From Clostridium facile (GTDB lineage Bacteria > Bacillota > Clostridia > Oscillospirales > Ruminococcaceae): DNA of 32,000 nt. How positions within the stretch are numbered: the first letter of the stretch is position 1; each line of letters begins with the position of its first letter. The stretch is taken from contig NZ_JACOQK010000001.1 in the NCBI RefSeq assembly GCF_014297275.1, positions 1,033,603-1,065,602 of the forward strand, in the 5' to 3' direction. The notes beneath the pieces were generated by a model, which worked only from the letters and a program-made list of their open reading frames with translations, was not told where the DNA came from and searched no databases. Positions 8,686-18,138 of the stretch are shown here, in pieces. The position numbers were made by a program, and so were the translations under genes.

Positions 8686-10710
8686 CTAGCCTGCCTGGTC
8701 GGAAATGGTAAAGACGCTATTTAATCGATTTTTTGGGTCAAACAGGTAATTATACTGCATCATATCATAAGAATCAATCAGGGAAGCATATACAGGGTCG
8801 TTTTTATAATCCTCAAGCCGATAATAGTTATTTTGATTATCCACATAGCCAATGGCGGTGAACACCGGCAACTGTTCCTGAATTCCATCCAGGAACTGAT
8901 TATATTCGGTCTTTTCCAACCCAGCAACATCCAACAACAGATTGGAAAGATAGTTGGCACTCATATGTTCCACCGTTTGTTCTGGGATATCATAATTTGC
9001 CCAGATGTAAAATGGAGTGATAAAACTCCGCATTTGTTCTTCAAAGGTACGCTGATCAAACGGGCCAACTAGAAAATCGTAAAACTCATCTTCCAAAGTA
9101 GGCTGATGGTCACCGAACATTAAAATAATAGTGGGTTCCTCCTGCTGGCTAAAATAGTTCACCAGATATTCAAACGCTTTGTCGGATTCCTGTACCAGAG
9201 TTAAGTACTGCTCCGCTTTTGGGAACTCCTGTCCCTCAGGTTTATTGAGGATTTCCACTGTGTTCTGGAATCCATTGGAGTAATCCAGATATCCCCCATG
9301 GTTCTGCATGGTAACGTTAAACAGGAACAGCCTTTCGTCTGGGTCCTTCTGTTCATACAGGTCGATTACTTTATCATAAGAAGATTTGTCGCTAATGTAT
9401 TCTCGTATGTACTCTGGATTTTCAAAATCCTCCATGCTAACAAAATCCTGGAAGCCCAGCAATGGATATACCCTGTCACGGTTCCAACCCGCCGCATAAT
9501 AAGGATGCACCGCCAAGCTGGTATATCCCTGGTCGTTTAAGGTACTTACCAGAGAATAGGTATCGTCTGTAATATACTGCTGGTATGGCCGACAGCCACT
9601 GGGCAAAAACGCCATGCTGTTCCCGGTTAAAAACTCAAACTCGGAGTTACAGGTCCCACTGCCATGGATGGACATATATAAATTTCCTTTGATGGTATTC
9701 TCGGTGAGATTTGTCAGAAAAGGCATGAGCTCCTGGTTGGTCTGGAAATCCCCCACCTGCCGGAAATCCGCTAGGGATTCATTCATAATTGCGATGATAT
9801 TTGGCTTTTGTTCCATAGAAGTTTCGGACACTTGATAAAAATCCCTGGTATCAATCTGATTGGAAATCGCCTCTACCTGCTGTACTGAATAATCTTCTGG
9901 GGAATCCACCATCAAAAACTGGGTGTTCATCGCCAAGGAAAGCACGATGCCATGGTCATGGGTGGACTGTGCCTGGCGCCAGGTATAGACACTAAGTCCC
10001 AGCTTTGGCAGAGTAGATTCCTGGTAAAAGACGGTGACAAATACAATACTGGCGGAAACAATTGCCACTTTGCCAATGATATTAGCTTTCAAGCTACGGT
10101 TCACATAGGTCAGCTTGGAAGCCACCATATTCCATAGCAACATCAGGCAAGTAGCAAGCAATACATTCCAGGTCATAACAAAAGTGTAGTTAGAAGCAAC
10201 ACTCAGTGCAGTTCCAACCGACATAAAATCCCATGGTAGGATTGGTTCCCCTCGGAAGAGGGTGACCGCATAATTAACAATTGCAAACAGCCAAAACAGA
10301 GTATTAGAAATCCAAATTGTCACCCTTATCCGGTTAGTCAGGGCATAAATGACTCCATATACCAGGTAATACCACAGCAAATTCATGACAAAATTCGCTA
10401 AGTTAAAATCAAAAAAGATATTAACATTGTTGTTGACATATTCAACGATTCCAAACGTTATGATTGGGGAACAGCAAAGCAGCAGGATGCTTACTCTTTT
10501 TTCCCATTTTTCCTCTTGAAACCGGATGCGGAAGGCTGTTACAGCGCCAAACAAACCAGCAACTACCACTGTAAGCAAAAACCATCCAATCTGAAATTGC
10601 TTGCTATCTTGGTCGATAAAAGCGGGGATATTGCACACAATCAAAACCAACAACACCGCTGTTAAAATTGCCGAGATAGTAATCCGTTTTCGATTGGTTG
10701 TAAACTCCAT
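8686..10710 (-). CDS. LTA synthase family membrane sulfatase
   Basis: 674 aa: N-terminal multi-TM region, then KPNIIAIMNESLADFRQVGDF...HGSGTCNSEFEFLTGNS...YTSLAVHPYYAAGWNRDRVYPLLGF...MFGDHQP. Confidence 0.9.
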   Translation of the reverse strand: MEFTTNRKRITISAILTAVLLVLIVCNIPAFIDQDSKQFQIGWFLLTVVVAGLFGAVTAFRIRFQEEKWEKRVSILLLCCSPIITFGIVEYVNNNVNIFFDFNLANFVMNLLWYYLVYGVIYALTNRIRVTIWISNTLFWLFAIVNYAVTLFRGEPILPWDFMSVGTALSVASNYTFVMTWNVLLATCLMLLWNMVASKLTYVNRSLKANIIGKVAIVSASIVFVTVFYQESTLPKLGLSVYTWRQAQSTHDHGIVLSLAMNTQFLMVDSPEDYSVQQVEAISNQIDTRDFYQVSETSMEQKPNIIAIMNESLADFRQVGDFQTNQELMPFLTNLTENTIKGNLYMSIHGSGTCNSEFEFLTGNSMAFLPSGCRPYQQYITDDTYSLVSTLNDQGYTSLAVHPYYAAGWNRDRVYPLLGFQDFVSMEDFENPEYIREYISDKSSYDKVIDLYEQKDPDERLFLFNVTMQNHGGYLDYSNGFQNTVEILNKPEGQEFPKAEQYLTLVQESDKAFEYLVNYFSQQEEPTIILMFGDHQPTLEDEFYDFLVGPFDQRTFEEQMRSFITPFYIWANYDIPEQTVEHMSANYLSNLLLDVAGLEKTEYNQFLDGIQEQLPVFTAIGYVDNQNNYYRLEDYKNDPVYASLIDSYDMMQYNYLFDPKNRLNSVFTISDQAG

Positions 10711-11046
10711 ATTGTTTTTTTACCTCCATTTTATATGTGATTGTATTTTATCGTACACTGAAAATCATACCTTTTCGTTCGACAAAAACAGGTACAGATT
10801 CAGCCCATTTTTGGGTTTTTTGGTTGGGAAATAGCAGATACTATACCCATTTTAAGTGTGATGGAAAAAGTATACCATACGAAACGAAAAAAAGAAAGCA
10901 ATTTTCCTATTAATTGGGATTTATGTCAAATTTTCGTCGAATATCAATAAAATCTATGTAAAATCTTCGGGTTAAACTTTGTGTAAAATGCTATATTCAT
11001 TGTTTTGCAATACCACTTACTTCCTCATAATAGAACAATATGAAAA

Positions 11047-11096
11047 AAATACGGCTAATATGAGCCTGTACCAAAACCCATAACAGCCGTATTTTA
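11047..11096. terminator. Inverted repeat, possible terminator
   Basis: 11-bp arms AAAATACGGCT / AGCCGTATTTT with 28-nt loop. Confidence 0.4.
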
Positions 11097-11293
11097 TTGT
11101 GTGGCTTCTATAATATCCGACACTTTGTTAGCATAAATAAAAACCATTTAAAATAATTTTATTACAAGACATCACAATTTCTTACCGATTATAAGGCTGT
11201 TATGGAATGATACCAAAACAGCCTAATGTATAGAAATAGATAACCCCCTGGTATAGGAAAATAAACAGCTACAACAATGGGATATCATAGACT

Positions 11294-13783
11294 TTATAAT
11301 TTCGTCAGCTTGGCGAAATTCGCCATAATCTTTTTTTTGCCTTTTGTTTGAAAATTGACTTCCAACAGGGTATCATTCCCCATCGGCTGCATGGATTCCA
11401 CAACGCCTTCCCCAAACACGGCATGTTTCACCCGGTCTCCTACAACGAAATTTACCACTGCTTGTTTTGGCTTTTGAGTGGTACCCACATTGCCCAGGTT
11501 AATATGAATGGGACGGGTGGACCGGCGGAATGCCTCAGATGTATGGGTAACTGTTTTATCCTCTGTTGATTTATACTGTTCTGGAATTTCTCCAAGAAAA
11601 CGGGATGGTCTAGCGTAACGGGTATTCCCGAACAGCATCCTCTGAGAGGCGTTAGTGATGTACAGCCACTTTTTGGCACGAGTAATCGCCACATATGCCA
11701 GACGGCGTTCCTCCTCCAGTTCCTCTGGATCGGACATGGACTGAATGCCTGGGAAAATCCCCTCTTCCATCCCCACGATAAACACCACAGGGAACTCCAG
11801 CCCTTTGGCGGAGTGCATTGTCATCATAGTAACCTTGTCCTCCTCACTGTTGTACTGGTCAAGGTCGGTATACAATGCCACTTCTTCTAGGAAGCCGGAG
11901 AGGGTTGCTTCCTCCTCCTGCTCGTCGGTGAATTTAATCAGGTTGGATTTTAATTCCTCAATATTTTCCAGCCTAGTTTCACCCTCTTTGCCCTGACGTT
12001 TGAGTTCATCTCTGTAACCGGTCAGTTCCATTACCTGGTTCAGCAATTCCTGGAGAGGCAGTTCCATTGCCTGTTCCTGCAAGTCCAAAATCATTCCGGC
12101 AAACTGTTTTAACGGAGTGGATTTTTTGGAAAGAGCCGCATAGGTATCCGCCTCTTTCAAGACATCAAACATGGAAATCCCCATACCGTCCGCAATCTCC
12201 TGCACCTTAGCAACCGTGCTGGCTCCTATGCCCCGCTTTGGCTCGTTGATAATTCGCTTTAGGCGAAGATTGTCGCTGGTTTGGTTAATCACACTTAAAT
12301 ACGCCAGGATATCCTTAATTTCTTTGCGGTCGTAGAATTTCATTCCTCCGACAATCCGGTAAGGGATACCTGAACGCACAAAATAATGCTCCAATGCGGA
12401 GGACTGGGCATTCATCCGGTATAAAATCACATGATCATGGTACGCCATACCGTCAATCACGTTTTTGGAAATGGTATCCGCCACAAACTCCGCTTCCGCA
12501 TTCTCGTTGAGCAGCCGCAGAACGTTGATTTTTTCCCCGTCCCCCTGGTCTGTCCAAAGATTTTTTCCTTTCCTTCCCAGGTTATTGGAAATCACCGCAT
12601 TGGCAGCGCTTAAAATATTTTGGGTGGAACGGTAGTTCTGCTCCAGCCGGATAACAACTGCGTTTTGGAACTGGTTCTCAAAGCTCAAAATATTTTCAAT
12701 GGTAGCTCCACGGAATTTATAAATACTCTGATCGTCATCCCCTACTACGCAGAGATTCTGGTGTCCCTGGCTCAACAGACTGACCAAGCGATATTGGGCA
12801 TGGTTGGTATCCTGGTACTCGTCCACTAATATGTAACGGAAACGGTTCTGGTAGTATTCCAATATATCCGGATTTTCTTCCAACAACACTACCGTTAAAC
12901 GGATAATATCGTCAAAATCCAGAGCATTGGAGGATTTTAAGCTGTTCTGATAGAAACGGTAAAGTTTGGCGATCTCTTTTTTCCGGAAATCCCCATAATT
13001 TTGAGCTTCGTATAGCTCTGGAGTCAGCATCTGATCTTTGGCACGGCTGATTTCCCCCAATATTGCTTTTGGCGGATAAATCTTATCATTCAGACCCATC
13101 TGACTCAGGCCATCTTTGATAACCCGAATACTATCGTCCGTATCATAAATGGTAAAGTTTTTCTGGTAGCCCAGACGCTCAATGTCACGGCGCAGGATTC
13201 GCATACATTGGGAGTGGAAGGTTCCCGCATGGATGTCCAGAGCGACATCTCCTAGCATGGCTTCCAAACGCTCTTTTAACTCCCCTGCCGCCTTATTGGT
13301 AAAGGTAATCGCCAGGATATTCCATGGACGTGGACAATCCACCGCAATCAACTGGCGCACCTGTTCTTCATCTACTGATTCACCATCCACTGCCCTCTGC
13401 AACAGATCAATATCCTGCTGGCTCAGATCAAACGGAATTTTTTCTGAAGCATAAGCATCTCCGAATGCCACCATATAAGCAATGCGGTTGACAATAACAG
13501 TGGTTTTTCCGCTGCCTGCTCCTGCCAGGATTAACAAAGGATTTTTTACCGTAAAAATTGCCTGGCGCTGCATCTCGTTCATATGGGAATATTTTTGTTC
13601 CAAATAAGCTCGTTTTAATGGAATAAATTGTTGTTCTAATGTCATAAACTCCTCCAGGGAACAGCCCTTTTTTCTTATTACCAATGGATTATCTGTTTGA
13701 TGATTGTAGTACCGCATTGTTCGTACAGGTAAGTGGTAAAAAGATGAAAATAACGTATTTTTGTGATAGGGAAAGTATGCCAC
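11294..13783 (-). CDS. pcrA: ATP-dependent DNA helicase, UvrD/PcrA family (SF1A)
   Basis: 829 aa: LNEMQRQAIFTVKNPLLILAGAGSGKTTVIVNRIAYMV, NILAITFTNKAAGELKERL, ILVDEYQDTNHAQYRL, VVGDDDQSIYKFRGA, MTMHSAKGLEFPVVFIVGMEEGIFP, C-terminal PcrA-like GDRVKHAVFGEGVV. Confidence 0.93.
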   Translation of the reverse strand: MAYFPYHKNTLFSSFYHLPVRTMRYYNHQTDNPLVIRKKGCSLEEFMTLEQQFIPLKRAYLEQKYSHMNEMQRQAIFTVKNPLLILAGAGSGKTTVIVNRIAYMVAFGDAYASEKIPFDLSQQDIDLLQRAVDGESVDEEQVRQLIAVDCPRPWNILAITFTNKAAGELKERLEAMLGDVALDIHAGTFHSQCMRILRRDIERLGYQKNFTIYDTDDSIRVIKDGLSQMGLNDKIYPPKAILGEISRAKDQMLTPELYEAQNYGDFRKKEIAKLYRFYQNSLKSSNALDFDDIIRLTVVLLEENPDILEYYQNRFRYILVDEYQDTNHAQYRLVSLLSQGHQNLCVVGDDDQSIYKFRGATIENILSFENQFQNAVVIRLEQNYRSTQNILSAANAVISNNLGRKGKNLWTDQGDGEKINVLRLLNENAEAEFVADTISKNVIDGMAYHDHVILYRMNAQSSALEHYFVRSGIPYRIVGGMKFYDRKEIKDILAYLSVINQTSDNLRLKRIINEPKRGIGASTVAKVQEIADGMGISMFDVLKEADTYAALSKKSTPLKQFAGMILDLQEQAMELPLQELLNQVMELTGYRDELKRQGKEGETRLENIEELKSNLIKFTDEQEEEATLSGFLEEVALYTDLDQYNSEEDKVTMMTMHSAKGLEFPVVFIVGMEEGIFPGIQSMSDPEELEEERRLAYVAITRAKKWLYITNASQRMLFGNTRYARPSRFLGEIPEQYKSTEDKTVTHTSEAFRRSTRPIHINLGNVGTTQKPKQAVVNFVVGDRVKHAVFGEGVVESMQPMGNDTLLEVNFQTKGKKKIMANFAKLTKL

Positions 13784-14278
13784 AGTAAAATAAACTTACT
13801 GATAAATCAATATTTGTTGGTGTGATATGTATATAAAAAATCCTACCTATTCTATAATTGTCAGGTTGTATTTGAAACTAGATATTATATTACATCCTCA
13901 TGTGCATCAGTAAAATACTACTTATAGATATAGAGTGCTTGGTTGGTATTTCAAAGAAAACCCTAGTCTATTTTTTACTTATCAAAAAATCCCCAATCAC
14001 TCCTATTTAATATATGCCAAAGTGTCTATACTTGTCCACTGAGCCACATCGTTCATCCCGTTTTGCCAAGCCATCCGGCTGATGTTGTTTGTCTCTACTA
14101 TTTTATTTATTATAACAAAATTCGCAATTTGGTTCAACCAAAAAACAGAAAATAAAAGTGGAGTTTTTTAATTATTTAAAAACAATAACTGCAAGAAAAT
14201 CAGATACTGCTAAACCCCAATGACGATTCCAGTAAAATATGCTACAATGACAGTATCACTACAAAAGGAGGAGATGAA

Positions 14279-14815
14279 ATGATTTATTTTACTGCTGATT
14301 TGCACTTTTACCACGATAAAATCATTACCCACGTGAACCGTCCGTTTCATGACGCCCAGCAGATGAACCAGGCACTAATCCTTAACTGGAACCAACGGGT
14401 TTCCCCTGAGGACGAGGTATATATTTTGGGGGATGTGACCATGAAGGGTTCTATATTGGCGATGGAAGCCCTATCCCAATTAAAAGGAAGAAAATATTTA
14501 ATTCGTGGCAACCACGACGGGTTTGTGGACAGGCCTAGTTTTGACCAGTCCCTGTTTAGTTGGGTGAAAGACTATGCGGAACTGGTGTACTGTAACACCA
14601 GGTTTGTGCTGTTCCACTACCCTATGTTGGAGTGGAATGGTTACTTTGACCAAAGCATCCACCTGCATGGGCACCAACACAACTATGCAGATTATAATTA
14701 CCACAACCTACAGCAGGGAATCCGCCGGTATGATGTCGGTGTGGATGCCAATGGGATGTCCCCTGTCAGCGTAGAGGAAATCCTCTCGTTTTTTTCAAAG
14801 GATTCGATCATTTAA
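14279..14815 (+). CDS. Metallophosphoesterase family protein
   Basis: 178 aa: MIYFTADLHFYHDKIITHVNRPF...DEVYILGDVTMKG...YLIRGNHDGFVDR...LFHYPMLEWNGYF...LHGHQHN. RBS AGGAGG. Confidence 0.9.
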   Translation: MIYFTADLHFYHDKIITHVNRPFHDAQQMNQALILNWNQRVSPEDEVYILGDVTMKGSILAMEALSQLKGRKYLIRGNHDGFVDRPSFDQSLFSWVKDYAELVYCNTRFVLFHYPMLEWNGYFDQSIHLHGHQHNYADYNYHNLQQGIRRYDVGVDANGMSPVSVEEILSFFSKDSII

Positions 14816-14827
14816 TAGTACAAAATC

Positions 14828-14879
14828 CCCTCATTCTTTGGATTACCTCAAATTGTGTATCAAATCCAAGAATGAGAGG
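14828..14879 (+). terminator. Probable terminator hairpin after the phosphoesterase gene
   Basis: CCTCATTCTTTGGAT...ATCCAAGAATGAGAGG near-perfect inverted repeat followed by TTTTATG. Confidence 0.55.
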
Positions 14880-14989
14880 ATTTTATGCCTCATTTTTATG
14901 TAGTTTCCTTTTTAATCTTAAAGAGAAACCGCAAGAATGGGGCAAGGAGTTTTGGGCTTTTTACTACAACTACTTTCATAAAAAATTCC

Positions 14990-15145
14990 TCACTTTCTAA
15001 CACACAGGATAACGCCGGAAATAATTAGGGCAAACGCCGCCAATACCAACAGGCTCCGTAACGGGGTAATCGTCAAAAATAATAGAAGAATTCCCAGGCC
15101 AATGATAATTGTGCAGGAACAATCCCTCCGCTTCCTTCTCCTCAT
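14990..15145 (-). CDS. Small hypothetical membrane protein
   Basis: MRRRKRRDCSCTIIIGLGILLLFLTITPLRSLLVLAAFALIISGVILCVRK; basic N-terminus plus two hydrophobic stretches; ORF track starts further upstream (15190). Confidence 0.4.
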   Translation of the reverse strand: MRRRKRRDCSCTIIIGLGILLLFLTITPLRSLLVLAAFALIISGVILCVRK

Positions 15146-15259
15146 TTTGGATTCACCGCCGTTTCCCTCTGTTTGTATTATCATACGCAAAAACCAATTT
15201 TTGTGTGACAGCTTCTATTCCAACGGTGGGGTACATATAATCGGGTATGGAGGTGATAT

Positions 15260-16171
15260 TTGATGGAACAACCATGGAACCAAACTTTGCTGGAAGAATC
15301 CCCTCTCCCGCCGGAATCTGAGGATGACTTGAACAATCTACTGCCTTGGGAACCGCCCCAGGAATCCAAAAAGGAAAAATCTGGGTTTGGAGTATTGTCC
15401 ATGCAGTTGGCGATTTGTATTTTAGCGGCCATCATCATATTATTTTGCAAACTGTTTTTTGCGGATGGATACCAGGCAATTGTTGCCGAGTATCAATCCG
15501 CTTTCCAGGCGGACATCCACTGGAGTGAAACCATGGGGCAGGTACAACAGACATTCGGTTCAATTATGGACAAGATGAAGCCCATCCAACGGGAGAAAGA
15601 GGCTTCCTCCCAAGATTCCACCAGTTCGGAGGGAACTTCTTCTGGAGAAGAAAGCTCACAGCCAGCAGAATCTTCCCAGGAAGCAGCTGGAGGGGAACAA
15701 ACACCAGTTTCGGAAACCGCCGTTTCCACCCCGACAGACGCTACCCTACAAACCGTGACTTACCCTGAGCAACTCACTCCCCCTGTAGAAGGCAAACTCA
15801 CTTCCGGCTATGGATTCCGGGCATATCCCCTAAATGGGGAGGCGGATTTTCACAAAGGGATTGACATCGCAGCGGACGAAGGGACAAAAATCAAAGCAGC
15901 TATTGGGGGAACGGTGGAAACTGCCAGCTATTCGGACAGTTATGGAAACTACCTTACCATACAGAACGACCATGGTTTTACCACCTGGTACGCCCACTGC
16001 AAAAAACTGCTGGTATCCGAAGGTGACAAAGTAAAGCAAGGCAAAAAGATTGCACTAGTTGGCTCCACTGGTGATTCTACAGGGGCTCACCTGCATTTTG
16101 CCATGCAAAAAGACGGGATTTGGGTGAATCCATTGGATAGTTTTTCTGAAAATACTTATGCTGCGGTTTAA
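15260..16171 (+). CDS. M23-family (LytM-type) peptidase with one TM segment; SpoIVFA/SpoIIQ-like
   Basis: 303 aa: single TM (VLSMQLAICILAAIIILFCKLFF), PVEGKLTSGYGFRAYPLNGEADFHKGIDIAADEGTKIKAAIGGTV...GNYLTIQNDHGFTTWYAHCKKLLV...GDSTGAHLHFAMQKDG; HxxxD and HLH zinc-site motifs intact. Confidence 0.88.
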   Translation: MMEQPWNQTLLEESPLPPESEDDLNNLLPWEPPQESKKEKSGFGVLSMQLAICILAAIIILFCKLFFADGYQAIVAEYQSAFQADIHWSETMGQVQQTFGSIMDKMKPIQREKEASSQDSTSSEGTSSGEESSQPAESSQEAAGGEQTPVSETAVSTPTDATLQTVTYPEQLTPPVEGKLTSGYGFRAYPLNGEADFHKGIDIAADEGTKIKAAIGGTVETASYSDSYGNYLTIQNDHGFTTWYAHCKKLLVSEGDKVKQGKKIALVGSTGDSTGAHLHFAMQKDGIWVNPLDSFSENTYAAV

Positions 16172-16745
16172 GCTGTTTGGAATTGAGATACGGCTGAACT
16201 TTTTGTTTTTTGCTGTGCTTACTGTGATTTTGTTGACTGACCAGACTGGGATACCTGTATGGGCACTGATTGCTTCCTGCATCCATGAATGCGGCCATAT
16301 GGTGGCGTTTTTCTGTTTTCACCAGACTCCCCGTTTGATCTCGTTTGAATTAGGCGGAATCCGCATGCAAGGCCAGAGAATGGAACAGCTAAAAACTTGG
16401 CAGGAAGCAGTGATTCTTCTGGCGGGCAGCGGGGTGAATTTTCTGGTATCCTTCCTCCATCTGGCAGTGCAACAAAATCTGTTTGCCAGTATTCATTTAC
16501 TGATTGGCTGTTTTAACCTGCTCCCAGTAAAATCCCTGGATGGAGGGAAATTATTGGAATTGCTGTTCCAATGTATCTTCCCGTTCCACCTTGCCTATCG
16601 GTCCGTTCAGATATGCTCCTGGGGATTCTGCCTATTGTTGCTTATTTTTGGAGGATATTTAGCGTATTATTTGAATTTCACCCTGTTGGCATTTGGAATT
16701 TATCTGTTGATTTCTTTGCTGGCAGAACATAGAAAACGGGCATAA
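16158..16745 (+). CDS. M50-family site-2 intramembrane metalloprotease (SpoIVFB-like)
   Basis: 195 aa: KLFGIEIRLNFLFFAVLTVILLT...ALIASCIHECGHMVAF (HExxH) and LIGCFNLLPVKSLDGGKLLELL (NxxPxxxLDGG); start overlaps the 3' end of the M23 gene. Confidence 0.88.
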   Translation: MLRFKLFGIEIRLNFLFFAVLTVILLTDQTGIPVWALIASCIHECGHMVAFFCFHQTPRLISFELGGIRMQGQRMEQLKTWQEAVILLAGSGVNFLVSFLHLAVQQNLFASIHLLIGCFNLLPVKSLDGGKLLELLFQCIFPFHLAYRSVQICSWGFCLLLLIFGGYLAYYLNFTLLAFGIYLLISLLAEHRKRA

Positions 16746-16782
16746 AAAACACGGTTTCCAACAAATGGATACCGTGTTTTTT
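16744..16782 (+). terminator. Intrinsic terminator downstream of the M23/M50 operon
   Basis: 12-bp arms AAAAAACACGGT / ACCGTGTTTTTT, T-rich. Confidence 0.8.
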
Positions 16783-16829
16783 ATTTTAAGAAGGATATAA
16801 TAAAACTCCAGCTCGCTTATCGGCTTGTC

Positions 16830-16862
16830 CTTTTAATCCGCATTCCTTATACGGCAACCACA
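16830..16862 (-). repeat. Possible highly degenerate trailer-end CRISPR repeat
   Basis: CTTTTAATCCGCATTCCTTATACGGCAACCACA aligns 16/33 to the consensus, with matches concentrated in the handle-proximal TTTxAATCCxC; spacing to the next repeat (37 nt) fits array periodicity. Confidence 0.3.
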
Positions 16863-16899
16863 AAATAACAGACCTACATAAGATGAAAATCGAGGAACA

Positions 16900-17669
16900 A
16901 TTTCAATCCACGCTGCCCGTGTGGGCAGCGACGCATAGTAAAAACCTCCTATTAACTTGACTTTGTGTATTTCAATCCACGCTGCCCGTGTGGGCAGCGA
17001 CTTTGTCCCAACGGTTATGCCACTAGGGACACAAAATATTTCAATCCACGCTGCCCGTGTGGGCAGCGACGGTACACATGTTTAGACTGCAAACACGCAT
17101 TGCTATTTCAATCCACGCTGCCCGTGTGGGCAGCGACGGGTTTTATCTTTTTGACGATATTACTATTATATCATTTCAATCCACGCTGCCCGTGTGGGCA
17201 GCGACTTTAAACCTCATTGTATTAAAGATAATGTTAGGATTTCAATCCACGCTGCCCGTGTGGGCAGCGACGTTGGACGAATTGGAAAACAAAAAGGTTC
17301 AGTTGGATTTCAATCCACGCTGCCCGTGTGGGCAGCGACCTCTACGGTTTCCTGCCCGTCATAGTCCATACAATTTCAATCCACGCTGCCCGTGTGGGCA
17401 GCGACCAAAATCATCATGCCTCATGCTTGATATGCCATTATTTCAATCCACGCTGCCCGTGTGGGCAGCGACCTGCCGCTGGTTTTTTGCCATCCAGCAT
17501 GGAATATTTCAATCCACGCTGCCCGTGTGGGCAGCGACTTCTTGCCATGCAACAGTATAGCGGTACAAATATTTCAATCCACGCTGCCCGTGTGGGCAGC
17601 GACTGCTTTTCACTCCATATTATTTTATTCAATTCTATTTCAATCCACGCTGCCCGTGTGGGCAGCGAC
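16900..17669 (-). CRISPR. Type I-C CRISPR array: 12 identical 33-bp repeats, 11 spacers
   Basis: Plus-strand repeat ATTTCAATCCACGCTGCCCGTGTGGGCAGCGAC (crRNA sense GTCGCTGCCCACACGGGCAGCGTGGATTGAAAT) starting at 16900, 16969, 17038, 17105, 17173, 17239, 17307, 17373, 17440, 17506, 17571, 17637; spacers 36,36,34,35,33,35,33,34,33,32,33 nt. Orientation inferred from cas2-side leader and the conserved GTGGATTGAAA 3' end. Confidence 0.99.
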
Positions 17670-17838
17670 CGCAAAATATGGCAATAATGAGAAACTACAA
17701 CCTAGATATTGCGGCAATGTTCTGATAACATCAAAATTACATCGCTTAATTAGGATGTATTTTTGCCATATTCCGCATTTTTTGGTGCGAATACATGGGG
17801 TTTTTATGAGAGCTTATGGTTCGCACCAACCCACAAGC
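17670..17838 (-). promoter_or_regulatory. CRISPR leader between cas2 and the array
   Basis: 169-bp noncoding AT-rich region on the cas2 side of the array, containing two pairs of 10-bp inverted repeats. Confidence 0.8.
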
Positions 17839-18129
17839 TTAAATTAAGAGCTCCCCTTCCAGTTCCAGGCTATCTTTCACCCCGTAATGCTCCACTTTTT
17901 TCTGGTACTGTTCTCCTAAATAATAGAAGCGGATGCTGTCCTTTTTCTCGTCAATATGACGGAGGAGCTTTTCTTTTACTTCACGGCTTTTGGCTGCGTC
18001 CATGATACATTCAAATACAGAGTTCTGCACCCGCTGGCCATAATTTTCACATTCTTTTGCCACCTTACGCAGGCGCTTTTTACCCGCTTCTGTTTCGGTG
18101 TTCACATCATAGGTGATTAAAACCAACAT
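17839..18129 (-). CDS. cas2: CRISPR-associated endoribonuclease Cas2
   Basis: 96 aa MLVLITYDVNTETEAGKKRLRKVAKECENYGQRVQNSVFECIMDAAKSREVKEKLLRHIDEKKDSIRFYYLG. Confidence 0.98.
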   Translation of the reverse strand: MLVLITYDVNTETEAGKKRLRKVAKECENYGQRVQNSVFECIMDAAKSREVKEKLLRHIDEKKDSIRFYYLGEQYQKKVEHYGVKDSLELEGELLI

Positions 18130-18138
18130 TGCTTTCCT

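Noticed and set aside
11200-11225. Hairpin GGCTGTT...AACAGCC upstream of the sulfatase/helicase intergenic region
   Set aside because: Short stem with a long loop and no T-tract; too weak to call as a separate regulatory feature.
16965-17847. Plus- and minus-strand ORFs such as 16965..17210, 17057..17560, 17328..17687, 17461..17847 and 17438..17674 with repeated RCPCGQR / FNPRCPCGQR / RCPHGQRG text
   Set aside because: They are translations of the CRISPR repeat-spacer array, since the 33-bp repeat lacks stops in some frames.
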